DNA from: Rhizodiscina lignyota
Lineage: Eukaryota
Direction: 5' to 3'
DNA length: 64,000 nt
Assembly (NCBI GenBank): GCA_010015805.1
Contig: ML978129.1
Location: 434,001 to 498,000, forward strand
The notes beneath the pieces were generated by a model. That model did no database searches, was not told the DNA's origin, and saw only the letters and a program-made list of their open reading frames with translations. Positions 11,308-24,855 of this stretch are shown piece after piece; position 1 is the first letter of the stretch, and each line of letters begins with the position of its first letter. The position numbers and the translations under genes are program-made.

Positions 11308-13834
11308 TCTGTGCAGTCTGCAAAGGGTCAGACCAAGCCCCGTCAACCAAATCACAATGAACACTTCGCCACCCCCTGATGGATTTGACTCGGAAATTGT
11401 AAAGAGATTGGAACGGCTTACACGAAACAGGGCAGATCGAGGCCGAGAAGCGCGGCCAGAGCCTTGGAGGATGTGATTGCTACAGATGTATGTTAGCTTG
11501 GCCGACATTAAACAAACTCCTGGTGGTAGGCTCCTTGGTGTTGCAGCGTCCCATTAAGGAATTTCGAAGGATAGCAATTCAACATACCGAAGATGAGAAG
11601 AGCCTTGATGAAGTGAGGTGTCTTTCGAACAGTTAGTGCCTTATCCCAAACCATGGAAATAGTCGTCTTACTGGGAAATTGTTAAAGATGAGTTGTAAGA
11701 AAAGAATGGAACTTTGAGTTGCTTGATTTATGTATCCAAGAGATAATGACGACAGATTCAAGTCGTCATAACGGTATGACGGAACGACGAACGTCATATA
11801 CAGGTCCATGGGTCGAAAAATGACATTTTAAGTGCCTAGGATGAGGTATCACATAAGTCTCCATCTTCCGCAGATGCTCATCAATCCCTTTCGTCGTCAT
11901 AACTAGTTAGCGGAAGCGTTCGTCCCGATAACACTGCGATCAGACCTCCGCAGCTGAGTCCAGGAGGCGTCTCGAGTGAACGTCATGTTCGAATTATGAT
12001 CCGCGGGTGGCAAAATTTGGCGTCGTTATAGATGCATACGGAAATTGACCTTGACGGAGTCGTCTACGCTTCGTCACTTTTGTGGTTTGCGAAGTCGCCA
12101 TAGCGGTTGAACATTTGCTCGTTACACTCGCTCTGGATCAAAGTTCATTTGGTTCCGACTCTCCTGAAATGCTTGCTCGAGTCAATAATCCATACACAAG
12201 TTTCAAAAGTTTCACCAAAGTTGAGCAGCAACGCACCTATATCCTTAGACTTTTCAATCCGCGTGCCCCACGCTTAAAGTCGTCGTACAATTCTGGACGA
12301 CTAAAATTGTAAACATTGTATGCAAGGACGTTGATTCTAGTTGCGCCCAAGACAAGGGTTCCAGGCGCTCCACAACGTAATATCTAGATCAGAATGGCAC
12401 TTGGATCGAGATCCTTGAGAGAGTTCTGAGCATCCTATAGTAGCTGGACAGGGTATTAGCGAAGAGATCAGGCGACTTAACATGCTCAAGTATCGTGAGC
12501 AGACCGCACGACGCGAACACAATAAACGTTCTCGTTGGATATTGACAAATTTTGCAGACAAAGAGATCGTTTCTGTGCTAGTCCCTGCCCCGCTTGGACC
12601 TTCATCAGTCGTTTACTTAAGACCGGGCTCGGTTATGCGCATTTATACTCCGATTGAGCGATTCGAACAGTCAGGGTTCCATGTCAAGGGCAACTAAAGC
12701 CTGCACGATGCCCGTCCCACAAGCCAGCTACATTGAAAGGGTTCCAGTAGACACTCAGAAGATTGCTGAAAGTTCATGGCTCAAGGAAATACAGCCTCTA
12801 GCAGTCTCCAAACTCTTTGATTCGCGATGGCGAGAGCGGCGGCCTAGCCGAGCTGAACATCTGTTTCACAACTTTGCAAGTAAATCCTCATTGAGATAGA
12901 GCCCTAAGATGTTCTCGAACAGCAATGCAGTCACTCTGAGACGTTAAGATGTACAGTTTGAAGGTGGACAGTAGGTCCGGTGCGGCAATAGTGGATTGCA
13001 ATCGAAATAGGAAGAAAGACAATGGGAACGGAATCCTATAGTCTAAAGAATCAAATAGTATCTCCGTCACGTGTAGAAAAGATTGTGATATGAGGACTTT
13101 GGGCTTCCCAGCTGTGTCGTTTGCTGCAGAGTCAAGCATGTCGCGTAGGGAAGGAAAGGAGGCAGGGCGGCAGAGTCCGCTCGGCTGCCAAGACTATCTG
13201 AACAGCCACAGTGGGGTGGGTCCCGGCCCGCCCGGAAATCTCCAGCCACAATATAAAATCGCTCAGGGGCCACATGCAGGGCAGCTCTTCCGCGTCGGCC
13301 CTTAATCAGACAGCCTTGTATTCTTCCACCAATTGTCCTCAAACAACTAAAGTATTCATCGAATGCTACCATGCTTTTGATGTCCTGGCGAGACCCAAGA
13401 CCATTATCTTGGATGCTTTACGGGTCTTTCCAAAGAGAGCATTTGCTCCAAATAAGTGGTTCCTTGGGACCTGAAGAGCTAGTTCCATTCAAAGGGCCAG
13501 TTTGCTTTCGAATTAACAGGTTGCTCAGATTCATCACCGGATTCCGTTGTCTTTGGCCTGTCCAATGATTCTAATGCACTCAGTCACGATCACAGTTGTC
13601 ACGCAGCAGAATACTCATCAACACGCCAGTCGCCAAGTTTCACGGCCGTATGGAGGTCGGCGACGAATGAGGCCGCCAGAACTCGCATCTTCTCAATACA
13701 TGCGGGAATATTTATTCTCGTCTATGCGAACCGTGTCTGTGCTTCCATTGTTGCTCGCCTCCAGAGCGTGATTACTGTGCACACCCTTTGAACGGTTACG
13801 GGCAAAGCCTAGAAAACTTGGGGCTCGGTGCTGC

Positions 13835-14529
13835 GGCTAAGGTAGCTTCAATAAAGCCTGGGGAGAGGATTTCATTGATTCGGTATCATGGAGCTCTTAA
13901 GGTCTCGTGTTGATGTTGTTGAGCTTCTAAAATGACCAGGGCTTTTCATGATCTGGTCAGATAAAGTTACCTCGAGATGCAAGATGTCGTGTTGGAGTCC
14001 GGCTAAATCGAGCGAGATTATCCAGACGAAGCTGCGGCTACTCCGCTACCATCACATCTACAACTGCAGAGTTACGAGTCGGTATTATCAGAATTCCGAC
14101 CCCGTGGGGAAATTCTTTGGAAAGAACTTGAGTTGTTCGTCTACTCAAATTAAAGATTCATTGAAAGGATCGCGCTGCGACGAATTTTCCAAGCTGATAC
14201 CGACTAGGGAAGCTCTACCTACTCATCTGTAATTATCCGCGATATCAGATCGATCATGCACCCCAGGTTCCCCGCCAGGCACGAGACCGTATCCGGTAAA
14301 ATTCTAGAAGGTCAGCATGTTTTCCATGCAGCCGGCCTCACGGCGAGACGGATGCGCAAGGACTGGCATCACTGCATTAAACAGGGACGGGAAAACGGTT
14401 TGCGGGACCTGGGGTCACTTGCTTACACGGTCACACCCTTGTTGGCACGAAATGACGAAACTTCCGACCATCTGGACGGCTGGCCGCAGGATCAAGAAAT
14501 TTTTCGACGGTAGCTCCCTGGGGTATAAA
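13835..14529 (+). promoter_or_regulatory. Putative GH1 promoter with XlnR-like and CreA-like sites and a TATA box
   Basis: GGCTAA 13835-13840, GGCTAAA 14001-14007, SYGGRG-type sites (~14104, ~14410, ~14518), TATAAA 14524-14529. Short motifs, so chance matches are possible. Confidence 0.4.
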
Positions 14530-14673
14530 GAAGCTCCAGAGCTCGACGATGGAAGAAGCGGAGAGACCAAAGCTGCGTCGTTGTCCTCTTCAAGCTGTCG
14601 CGTGGTCAATTGCGTGGAGCTCCTCAATTGTTGTTGGAATTCACCATCAAGGTGAAGCTTGAAGCTTGTCAAC

Positions 14674-16515
14674 ATGGACTCTTCTTTGAAGCTTGTTCTT
14701 CTCGGCCTCGTGGGCGTCGCGTCTGCCCAGAGCGCGTCCCTCAATTTTCCTACTCCAGCTGGCAGCTACTCGACGAAGAGCTTCAATTCTTCTGCGGCTA
14801 GCACCTATCTGCCAAACAAGGACTACTCGAATGAGCAACTTGCGTTGCTCTGGGACCAAGTTGGCCCGATTGTGACAGCGGCAGTCACAACAACTGTGGA
14901 ACCCACACCAGAGTCATCTGCATCATTTCCCAAGCCTGGTCCCATTCATCCACTCGTGCCAGCATACATTCCGGAAATTGCTGACGCGAAACTCCCCGAT
15001 GACTTCCTCTGGGGTGTAGCATCTGCAGGCAAGTGCTCATTGCATCTTGAATAGTGGAAACCGTGCTGACGATGACCAGCTTTCCAAGTTGAAGGTGCTG
15101 TGAACGCCGAAGGCAAGGGCCCATCCGTTTGGGACCTGATTCCGCATCGATGGACGAACTCGATCATGGATAACTCGACCGGAGATGTGACGAGCAACAA
15201 CTACTACTATTACAAGGTTGACAATGCCCGCCTGCAGACGCTCGGCATTAAAGCGTACAGTTTCAGCATTGGCTGGGCAAGAATTTTTCCGTTCGGCTCT
15301 GGACCAGTCAACCCACAAGGCGTGGCGCACTACGACGACCTCATCTCTGACTTGGTTGCACGAGGCATCAAGCCAGTGGTCACCCTGTTCCATTGGGACA
15401 CTCCTCTCGCCCTCTTCAACTCGTACGGTGCCTGGACGAGCGAGAATATTGTGGCAGACTACGTTAACTATGCCAAGTACGTTATTGAGCGCTACGACAA
15501 GTACGTTGATGTTTGGTACACCTTCAATGAGCCGCAATACTGCAACTGGCGATTCTCTGGCTATCCGTTTGGCACGATTCTCCCATCTTACAACGGCATT
15601 GGCACTGGTGGTGTCAAGGCTCGATTCTTGTGCGGCCACTACACTCTCTTGGCGCACGCCGAGGTCTACAACTGGTACCACAAGGTATTCAAGGGCAAGA
15701 AGCCCATGAGCATGAAAACCAGCGCCAACTGGATCATTGCAAATAGCTCAAGCGCTGCAGACAAGGCGGCAGTCGAACGTGTCAACGACTACAACATGGG
15801 GTGGTTCGGACAATGCTGGAGGGAAGACGGTGACTACCCAGCGTCGCTCAAGAATACTCTTGGTGACATCCTCCCCAAGTTCACTCAAGTGCAGAAGGAT
15901 AAGCTCAAGGGCTCTTGCGACTTTTACGCTATTGATGGGTATACTACCTACTACGCCTCCGCTCCTCCGAACGGCATTGCTGCTTGCTCGAGCAACCGAT
16001 CTGACCCCAACTTCCCCGACTGTGCGCCAACTACATCCGTTTCCCCTGATGGCTTCCCCATCGGCCCTAACTCTGACGCTGGAGCGACATGGTTGTACAG
16101 CACTCCCACCGGCATCCGCAAGTTCCTTAACTTTATCACCAAGGACTACTTCCCCGCCGTCAAGTCCATCGTCGTCTCCGAATTTGGTTTCGCCGAGCCT
16201 GCTGAGGCCAGCTTCAATACCCTCGAGCAGATCCTCTGGGATCTCAGGCGCTCTGATTACATCCAGAGCTTCCTCGACAACATCCTCGCAGCTAGGGTCG
16301 TCGATGGCGTCAACGTCACTGGCGCATTTGCTTGGGCCATCTATGACAACTTTGAGTGGAACAGCGGCCTCGGAACTAAGTTCGGCCTGCAGTATGTTAA
16401 CTTGACTGACTACACGAGACACCCCAAGGCTTCAATGTTCCAGTTCCTCAACTTCTTTAAGCAGCATGGCAATGGTGGAAAGGAAGGAACCATAGCCAAT
16501 GCCACATTCAGCTAG
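14674..16515 (+). CDS. Secreted glycoside hydrolase family 1 (beta-glucosidase-like), 2 exons
   Basis: Signal peptide MDSSLKLVLLGLVGVASA; FLWGVASA/AFQVEGA across intron 15029-15079; TLFHWD, acid/base TFNEP, nucleophile VSEFG, DNFEW. Confidence 0.95.
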
Positions 16516-17717
16516 GGGCACTAAGAAAGTTGCGGATCGATTGATTCCATTCTCAATGAAGGCTTTTACACATGCGCTTTTTTAAAATGCTCAGGAAAAA
16601 GTGCGCAGATGGTATTAGACTGATATTCAAACTTCCAACCTCCCTTCGGGCTTACCGTGATTCCCCCTTACTTCTTGTGTATATAGCTCAAGACATCTTT
16701 CAAGAAAATATTCCACGAGATCCTTCTGTATCATCTATTTATTCTCCGTCCCGCTTGCCCAGTGATGACTTGCCTCTTTGCCTACTACCTGTGCCGTAAG
16801 TGGATCTTAGAGCGCCATTCAGATTCGTACATCCGAGGGAATATTCTCGAACAATGCTGCGAGGCTAACTTGTCATAAATCTACGCTCGATTAACAAGCT
16901 TCTTTAGGGCTCTCCTCGGGGATTTTCATCCATGAGTAGTGGACCCCGTTGCCGTCGAGACGAGGAGGCTAGTCCCGCTTCCCGCCATCCCCCAGCCACT
17001 GACACCGACAACACACTAAATGCTCGCCCAAGATGACGAAACACATTTCCAACCTTTCCCTCTCATCTTCCCTCGTCTCACCCTACCTTCAATTCTGTCG
17101 TTCGCTTCCCTTCGTTCTTCTCCAGCGCCTGGCCGCGTGACAGCACGCTGCATCTGCCACGTTCGAAGCGCAACAACAACCAGAACAACCGAACCAACCA
17201 GCCGCGTCGCACTCTGCCAGGAACCCCCACCATCATCCCCGAAGGCCGGACGACGCGCAGCGTTAGGGCGACGAGCTTCGTGGCATCGCTGGATTGTTCG
17301 CCTGCTCCTGAACGTCGCACTGCACCTCGACCTTTTTGTTGGCGCGAATTCGTATCTCTCTGCTACCGGTTCGCATAAAAAGAACGGCCCACCAGTCGGG
17401 CCTCAAATTGCGCGCGCGCAAGCGGCATCACGCGTCGGGCTGGAGTTCTCTCCGCGGAAGAGACGGGTACAAATACCTCGAGAAGTCATAGAAGGCGCGA
17501 GTACAAAACTTTGACGCTGCAGTCGTGTCAATTGGGCCTGTTTCCAAGACCTGCGGTGTCTCTCGGATCCCATCTCGTCCCTCCGACTCCGTACTGAACG
17601 ATATCCCTCATATTGCGCACACCGCATAAGCCTCCTATACCTTCCACCCTCCTAAAACGACGACATTCCCAGACAATTTGGTTCTCGGCTCGAACAAGCT
17701 GAGCAAGACTCTGAAGA

Positions 17718-18422
17718 ATGGCGCGCTCGTATATCAGCAGTGCTGTCGTCATCAGCAACAAATATACCTGGCCGGACTTGCAACTGAACATATGGAACAT
17801 CATTGTGCTAGCGGGCGCGGGGTTGATATTGGGCGTCTTCGCGGCGTTTATGCAAGACCAGAATAGAATGGGGCTGGGAACGCCATGGTAAGTCTCTGAT
17901 TTCGGTCGCTCTATCGCTGGAGAGCATATTATCGCATTTTCGAAGCATGCAAGAAGAAAGCGCTAACGCCAATGCGAATTTACAGGCTCTTCCCTTACGG
18001 CATCACAGTTGGCGCCCTCACAATTGTCTTCATCATCATCGAGATTATCCTCATCATCCAGCGACGCCTCCTTCCCGGATTCATGCTCCTCTTCTCCTTC
18101 ATGTTCCTCGTCCTCTACCTCGCCGGACTCATCGAGACGTCAATACAGCTCTTTGGCGCTGGAAACGTGAGTGACAACTGCAACACATTCGTGCAGCATC
18201 GGCAACAGCATGGCGTGTCGCTATCGACGTTAGCGTGGCTGGAGCAGGACAGTATATGTGAGTATTCACTGCCTCCATTGGAAAATACCAAAGTCCATCG
18301 CTGACAGATGTTTGACAGGTTCGTCTTGGTATGCAGCGTTCAGCTTCTGGCTTATCCTGTGTGTCTTCTTCGTCTGGATGATGATCATGGCTGCCCAGGT
18401 CAGCAGAAACTCTTTCGAGTGA
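17718..18422 (+). CDS. Conserved fungal four-transmembrane protein (MARVEL-like), 3 exons
   Basis: Spliced MARSYISS...YTWPDLQLNIWNIIVLAGAGLILGVFAAFMQDQNRMGLGTPW / LFPYGITVGALT...LAWLEQDSIC / SSWYAAFSFWLILCVFFVWMMIMAAQVSRNSFE*; canonical introns. Confidence 0.8.
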
Positions 18423-18672
18423 ATGCTTGTGTCATCTCTACTGTATGTGGCGTTGTTGGGTCGTTGTTCCTGTCTTGGGTTTAAAGGTCTGGCAGCATTG
18501 ATGCATGGATGCATGGCATGCGGAGCTTAGTGGGTAGAATGCGGCGTTATTTAGACCTGGGGCTACTTTTCGGCTCAGTGGCTACGGCTAGCGGACAGAT
18601 TTTGGTTGAGATCAAACTATATCAAATTTCAAGAAGCCGGCATTATCCAACCTAAACAGAGCATCAACTTTG

Positions 18673-21600
18673 TCACACTCCGAGCGAGCCTATGTTAACG
18701 TCGTCGACGGCTCTGTTGGGTCGGAGGATGCAACCGTCCGGCGACTGAAGATTGTGGTGTTCCCAACTGGGCAGTTCTAAGTCATTAACACAAACATCCA
18801 TCTCTTGACTGCGATGCCTTCGTAGCATAATGCTTCTCCACTTTATTCGGGAGATGTTGTTAGGTATCTCGTGCCTCAGCCTCCGCATACTCGCCACGGC
18901 TCCCTTCCACCATAAGTACTGATGTCTTAGAGCAACGGAAAGTGCGATCTGCATAATAACAATCATAACGATGAGGGCAATGAGAAAGGATTTGAAATTC
19001 ATTTCGAAAGGTATGATACGCTGTGACATACTGAAATAGAGAGTACAGATCACAAAAGGGGCAATAACCTGGCTGATATTAGCTGCTGATCACTATGCTC
19101 CTGTTCAGTTTGGACGCACTGAAGTTATTAACTCTGCGACGAGTCCATTTTTCTGGGCCACTCGACTACCTTCAAGAATTAAGCGAAGTTGGAGCTGCGA
19201 GTGTCAGTCGAGTGATTTTCACGTGGTCGCGTTTTACTCACAACTCGCAAGAGTTCATGACAATGGTTCGTCTGAGGTAACAATCTCTGTTGGACGGATT
19301 CTAAACATCCGAGTGTCTTTTTGATATCATGTAGGTGCACCCGAGCCCTATCCTGGCCAGTCGAGGTTTCTTGGGAGGAACCAAGTTCGAAGAAGTAGCC
19401 CATATCTTCGCTGCTTGATAGAAGCCCTTGCCAAGCAGCTCTTGTTTCTGAAATTGTACCCTGCAGCAAATTCAGAAGTCGACTTATTGGCACGATCCGG
19501 TCGAAGGTCTTCTTGACGTTTTCGGTGACTGCCGATCCGTGGTCCCCTTCAGATGTACCGTATGCCATACTCTTAAAATTAAGCATTAGTTTTACGATCG
19601 TAATAGTTTCAAAATGAATGAAAGAGAGTAATGAACGATGAAATTCAGGACATACATCCAAATCTCGTCCGACTCTACACTCTACTTCGACCAGGATTTT
19701 CTCCCACTCATTGAGCAACCGTGCCGCGCGGTCTTTGAGAATCCAAAGGAAGTATTCCCTGGGATCCCAGGCCAACTGCAGTGCATCAAAGTTGATCTCA
19801 CGATACTCGTAGTTCTTCCCCGAGCATCTAGTGTCTCGTTCCGAGGTAGGGGGCCTATAAAAGCTGCAACTTCGTGGGATGTTGGGTTGGATATCCTCCG
19901 GGACTGGATACGACCGCATGAATTCAAAAACTCCCTTGGAATTGCTTAAAACAAGATGAAGGTATCGCTTCCTCTCCCATGCTTCGGGAGGAGGAATGCA
20001 TTTCTTGCCAAAGGTACCGAGGGAATCCCAACGGCGCTGTAGATCATATATATCGTTAAGCTGTCCAGCGGTATCGACTTCAAGGATTGGGTGAGTTTCC
20101 ACGTACTCCAGCCACGCGCAAATGGTTTGATTTTCGTTGTTCAGATGATTGCCATTATGACGATAGCAGTACTCCTCCACAGACTGTTCATTTGTCTTTA
20201 AATACTGAGACATTTGGTGGCCAGTGTAGTGCTCGCGTTGAGAAGGCCTGTAACTACGCATGCGGACGGACCTCCTTACTCTGGGGGGTTTATTCGAATC
20301 GTCATCGCTACCACTATCATCGCTCTCATCGTAGTGGTCCGAATCATCACGATCTCGCTTTTCGCGCTCGTTGTCGTTGTCCGCTGAGCTATCATGGTCC
20401 CGCCAACGTCGCATATCAAGCTCGTCATCAACAAAATGGCTAGCGATGTGATCAATCCTTTCTCCCCACGACGAAAAGACTGACCGACAAAATCCACAGT
20501 AACGGGGATATTGACTCCTCGGGATCTTGAAGTGGCCATTATTGATCCATTCTGTTGGGCTCAGACTTGGATGAATCTTTTCGAAGTGCTGTATGATGTG
20601 CTGACGACGATAAGCTGTATACTCGCACATTCGCAGCTCCATCTGGTCAAGAGAGTCAAACGACTTTCGATGTCTGGACTTCAGGTGTTCAGGAGTTGGG
20701 TTCTCCACTTGATGACCAGAAGGGCAGTAGGCACAGAATACGCTGTTCTTGACGCGGACAGTAGCTGGGACGGTACATATCCAGCCCTCCTGCGGATATC
20801 GAGTTTGCTCATGTCTCTTCCAGTCTTTCTTTTCTTTAAATCTCTTGCCACATTTACGGGTACACTGAAACGGTCTGTCGCAGTCCCGTGCTAGAAGGCT
20901 CAGGTCCTTGGTGGGGCGGCAATGCTTTCCAAGTTCTTTACCGCCCCTGCAAACCGCCTCTTTGGCTCTGACAAAAGCAGATTTCACACCTTCAGATTCA
21001 AACCAATCCCCAGGAGGCCTGGCTTTACACCTATTCAAGTCCTTGATGTCGTTATCATCTCGTGGGGCGGGGCCAGTTCCAGCAACACTTGCTGCCCCAG
21101 ATAGAGAGTGATTGTCCACGGAACCGCTGGCGAAGGAGGTTTGAGATGTGTTGAAAGCATAATTTATCCGGCTGCCCGAGTCACTGGTTGGAATTCCAGA
21201 ACTGGAATAATTCGAAAGAGTGTACGTTGAACTGGCAGAGCCCTGTCGTAACATCCTATTTCCAAACCAACTCTCAACGGCGTCCTTAGGCTGTCCCGAT
21301 AAGACACTCAAGGAGGCAATATCAGACTCCTTCGGAACTTTTGGTGAATTCAACTGCAACCAAAGCATGCAGTATTGTACGCCGGCCGGGCCAAGATTGT
21401 GAGTGTTTGCTGGCGCTGGAGCAGGCGCTGGAGCAGGCTTGAAACGCTTTGAATTGTCGCTGTGCTGGATGCTCCAGTGATCGGAAAACCCTCGCTCCGC
21501 TGTATCTGGATCGGGACCGTGATCCCTTTCAAGTGATATCAAAGAACGAGCTACCGGCTGAAGTGCCTGAAATGATCGTGTAGCATTGTTGTTTGCACCT

Positions 21601-21791
21601 GTATCAACCGAAATAGAGTCTCTGTCGAAGTTCAGACTATCGACGTCCATGTCCGCTAAAGCGTTGAAGTTCTCCATGAACTCGTTTCCGGTCGCATTAT
21701 TCCATATTGGATCCGTATCATCCATAGTCCCAGTGCCATCTTCAGTGAGCCAATGCGGTCCGGAAGGCTGAGAGCCCGACCCAGAATCCAT
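18673..21791 (-). CDS. Homeobox-like + C2H2 zinc-finger protein fused to a CorA-like helical/2-TM C-terminal module
   Basis: Homeodomain-like WLQLNSPKVPKESDIASLSVLSGQPKDAVESWFGNR. Fingers FQCTRKCGKRFKEKKDWKRHE, CAYC..H..H, CEY..HIIQHFEKIH, CGFC..WGERIDHIASHF. Then WDPREYFLWILKDR..EWEKIL and spliced exons LQLRLILEGSRVAQKNGLVAELITS / VIAPFVICTLYFSMSQRIIPFEMNFKSFLIALIVMIVIMQIALSVA. Confidence 0.75.
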
Positions 21792-22782
21792 TCTGATCAG
21801 CTTCGAGGGAAGGGTTTGTTTCGAGGTCCGATAAGCACGTAATTTCACCAAACTGACACATGCATCGCACAAAGATTTTCAACTCACGAAGATATCTGCA
21901 TCATCTGCTTGAGTGTAACACTCGATTGATGCCCCTCATGGTGACCAACTGGGCGCCGACAGGGCGCAAGCTGGGCGTTCTACCAGCTCATGTTCACATT
22001 GGGTGGAGCGAGCGCCTTGCAGTTGGAATACAACGCATAGCTGCAAAATCAGGGCATGCTGTATGCTCACGGGACAGACACAAGAGGTGCCCGAACTCGA
22101 ATCAATGCTTGCGGGCGACAAGTGAGGCGCTTGGTGAGGAAGTGCGCCCAACGCCGGAACAGTCACCTCCGCGATGTACGAATCGTCGGGCAGCGACGAA
22201 ATTGAATATTGATGAGGATGTTACGTAGACATTTACAGGCCCACATGATAGTTTCAGGAGCTTTTCAACTTGTTAGGCTTGTTCAATTAAAGAGCAGTAG
22301 ATATATGGGCACAAAGTGACCTCACATAAAGTCCATTTCCGTTTTCAGGCGTGTGTTGCGCAACCGTGTAGCGTGAGCTCTAAGGAAGCAGCTTAAGCCG
22401 GCTCTACAATTGGTAATGCAACCACTCTTCCAGCAAGGTTATTTATTTGTTGCTCATAATTAATTTATTCAAAGCCGCTTACCAGCCGTGCGCGTTGGTC
22501 ACGAACATTCACGATATGCTCCACGATGTTCATCATTTTCACCTGACAGTGGGCTCGATTCGACGATGACAGCGCATGGTAACGGGTATAAAATTCAAGA
22601 CATTGATCCGCAGCAACAAACCAACCCCGCTTACGACAATTAAGCTCCCCAAGGAGTAAGCAAATCTATGTCTTGAGTCGGTAGTGAATTTCAGAATCGG
22701 CGCAGCAGATCATTGTGTATCAGCTTTTTCAGGATTATGCTCCGTGAAAATATGTCGTTGTCTATCATGTTTAAACAGGGGT

Positions 22783-24855
22783 CTATGACAATTCGATACA
22801 ACGCCTGTGGCATAATGCGCCAAATGCAGATGTAAATTGGACATAGCCTACTCGTGTGCACTTCAGATGCTTAGAAGTCGCTTCTTGTACACTCAGTGCT
22901 AGCCCAAGGCCAGCAGTGCCGTTCTTCTCCCACAAGCCCATGTCCGCCGTTTGCAGGAGCGCACAGCACAGCATCATGTCGTCTTTCGCTTCCAGCGCGA
23001 TATCGAAGACAATTAAGCCAAGTGCTTCCCCAGTGAGCGGGTCAACACAATTTCGCCTGCCATACGTATGAGCACCCTGTCTGGTATTGAACAGGAATGG
23101 TTGAACAGATGCTGTGCGAGTTATGGCAACGTATGCCGATATCTCGATACTCCCGCCTTTGACAGCGCCAGTGTCGAAGAATGATACCGATTGGACCTCA
23201 GCATGACGGAGCTCCGGATCCATAGCTGAGGGATCCAGCTGTGGTTTTCTCCAATGCCTTGCATTCGCCTCATAGAAGAGCACGGGTGCATCAATACTGG
23301 CCCAAGACCAAGTGGGCGCCACATACTCCTCGTACCTACGGCCAGGTCGTTGCCGGATCTGGTTCTCGTCGCGACACCAAAGCAAACTGGCCCAGGGATC
23401 GGATTTGAGAAAGCCGGCGAGGTATGCTGAGCCCGCCTTATCACATGCAATACCATGAAAAGCGAGAAGCCTGTCTTTGGGATAAGTTAGGCTCTTATTC
23501 GAGTATCGCTCAATCAAGCGATACCACAGCGTATACCATCGGTAGGGAGGATGTTTGCTGAGTTGTTCGAGCCCCTGTGCTCGAGTGGCAGGGTTACTGC
23601 CGTCGCCTACGCATTGCCATAACACGGATTTCTGCGTCACCTTCACTAACCTGCTCGAGAGTAAGTCTTCCTGGTAGCACCAGCCTCGGCTGTCAGTGGG
23701 CGGTGGTGGTGGCGCGTTGCGAGGTTGTCCATTCGGCAGTAGATAGATTGTAAATTTTGAAGACCCATCTTGCAAGAAGAGACTAGCTGCACTGTTTCGC
23801 AGTGGGTTTCGCCGATCTGACATGCCGCCATAGACCGAGCTGGATGCAGCCACGAGCGTCATAGTAGCACTTCCATAGATGGAGGCCATTCTGGAAGCCT
23901 CACGCTGCCAGTCTTCCTTTGAGTCCTGCAGAATGCACATGCTGTCGATCCAGATGTAGCGCTCTCCGAGCTTGCGGGTCCATATGATAGCATCATGCAG
24001 CGTCTGTGGAAGATTAGAAAGCGGTATTTCTGTGCTGAATTGCTGCATAGTCATCATAGTCAATTGCCATGGTGCGTCCTTGGGCGTCATTCCCCAGCAA
24101 TAACTCAGGACAAGATGGCCACCGTTGAAAAGACATTCCTGCCCGTCCACAAGCTTTGGCGGGTCCTTGGAATCTTCAGAGCCGACATAGACGAGCCGAG
24201 TTGGTGCTACTACCGGCCCATGATTCCCATGCACAATGTTGACCGTCGTGTCTTGCTGCGAAGCCGTGCCCGAAAGCGGAAAGATAACCCGATTGCAAGT
24301 TTTGTGGTTGGCCAAACAATTCGTCAATGACTGCTTGATATATGTAAATGTTCCGTCGTCTTCCGCATATAAGCTGACAAGGCCTTATAAAGTCAATTAG
24401 CACACTGAATTCTAACCTTAGTATCACATCTTACCCTTGAAAGCCCGCGCACCTTGAGGAACGTCCCTAACATCGCGCACATATTTAAAGTCGGCTATTG
24501 GCACGAATTGAAAGCTTAGCTGTTGGCCATCAGAGCGCTTCCATAAGGACTCATCCCAGGTGCCACGATTGGGCAGGGAAGCCAGATCAACCGTAAGGGC
24601 TACGGCTTGAGTACCATCACTATTGACGGTTGCACGTTCGAGATGGACTGGCTCGTCGTCTAGGCGGTGCTTGAATGGCTCCCGGACAGCTTCATATAAC
24701 AACGTGCAGGTATGACAGCCTCTTGAAGCAGAACCTGCGAATGCAGAGAAGGTCAGCCAGAGCTGGTGTGGCTTGTTAATTACTCCATTTTGAAAGAATG
24801 CAAGTGGAATTGCCTGACACGTCGTGCACGTCGGCCAAGGTGTCCTGAGAGTCAT
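22783..24855 (-). CDS. Heterokaryon incompatibility (HET, PF06985) domain protein, TOL-like subtype, 2 exons
   Basis: N-terminal CxxC...GCHTCTLL; PTRLV, LSYCWG, LPQTLHDAI, YIWIDSMCILQD, MASIYGSA, RGWCYQE, DRLLAFHGIA, APTWSWAS. An intron at ~24383-24434 restores the frame. Confidence 0.93.

Noticed and set aside
12082..13800. Many short ORFs in a 3 kb gene-free stretch; possible gene or transposon relic
   Set aside because: Manual translation of the frames I tried gave no identifiable domain, terminal repeats or transposase motifs.
15037..16422. Long overlapping ORFs on both strands within the GH1 gene
   Set aside because: Explained by strong codon bias of the real gene.
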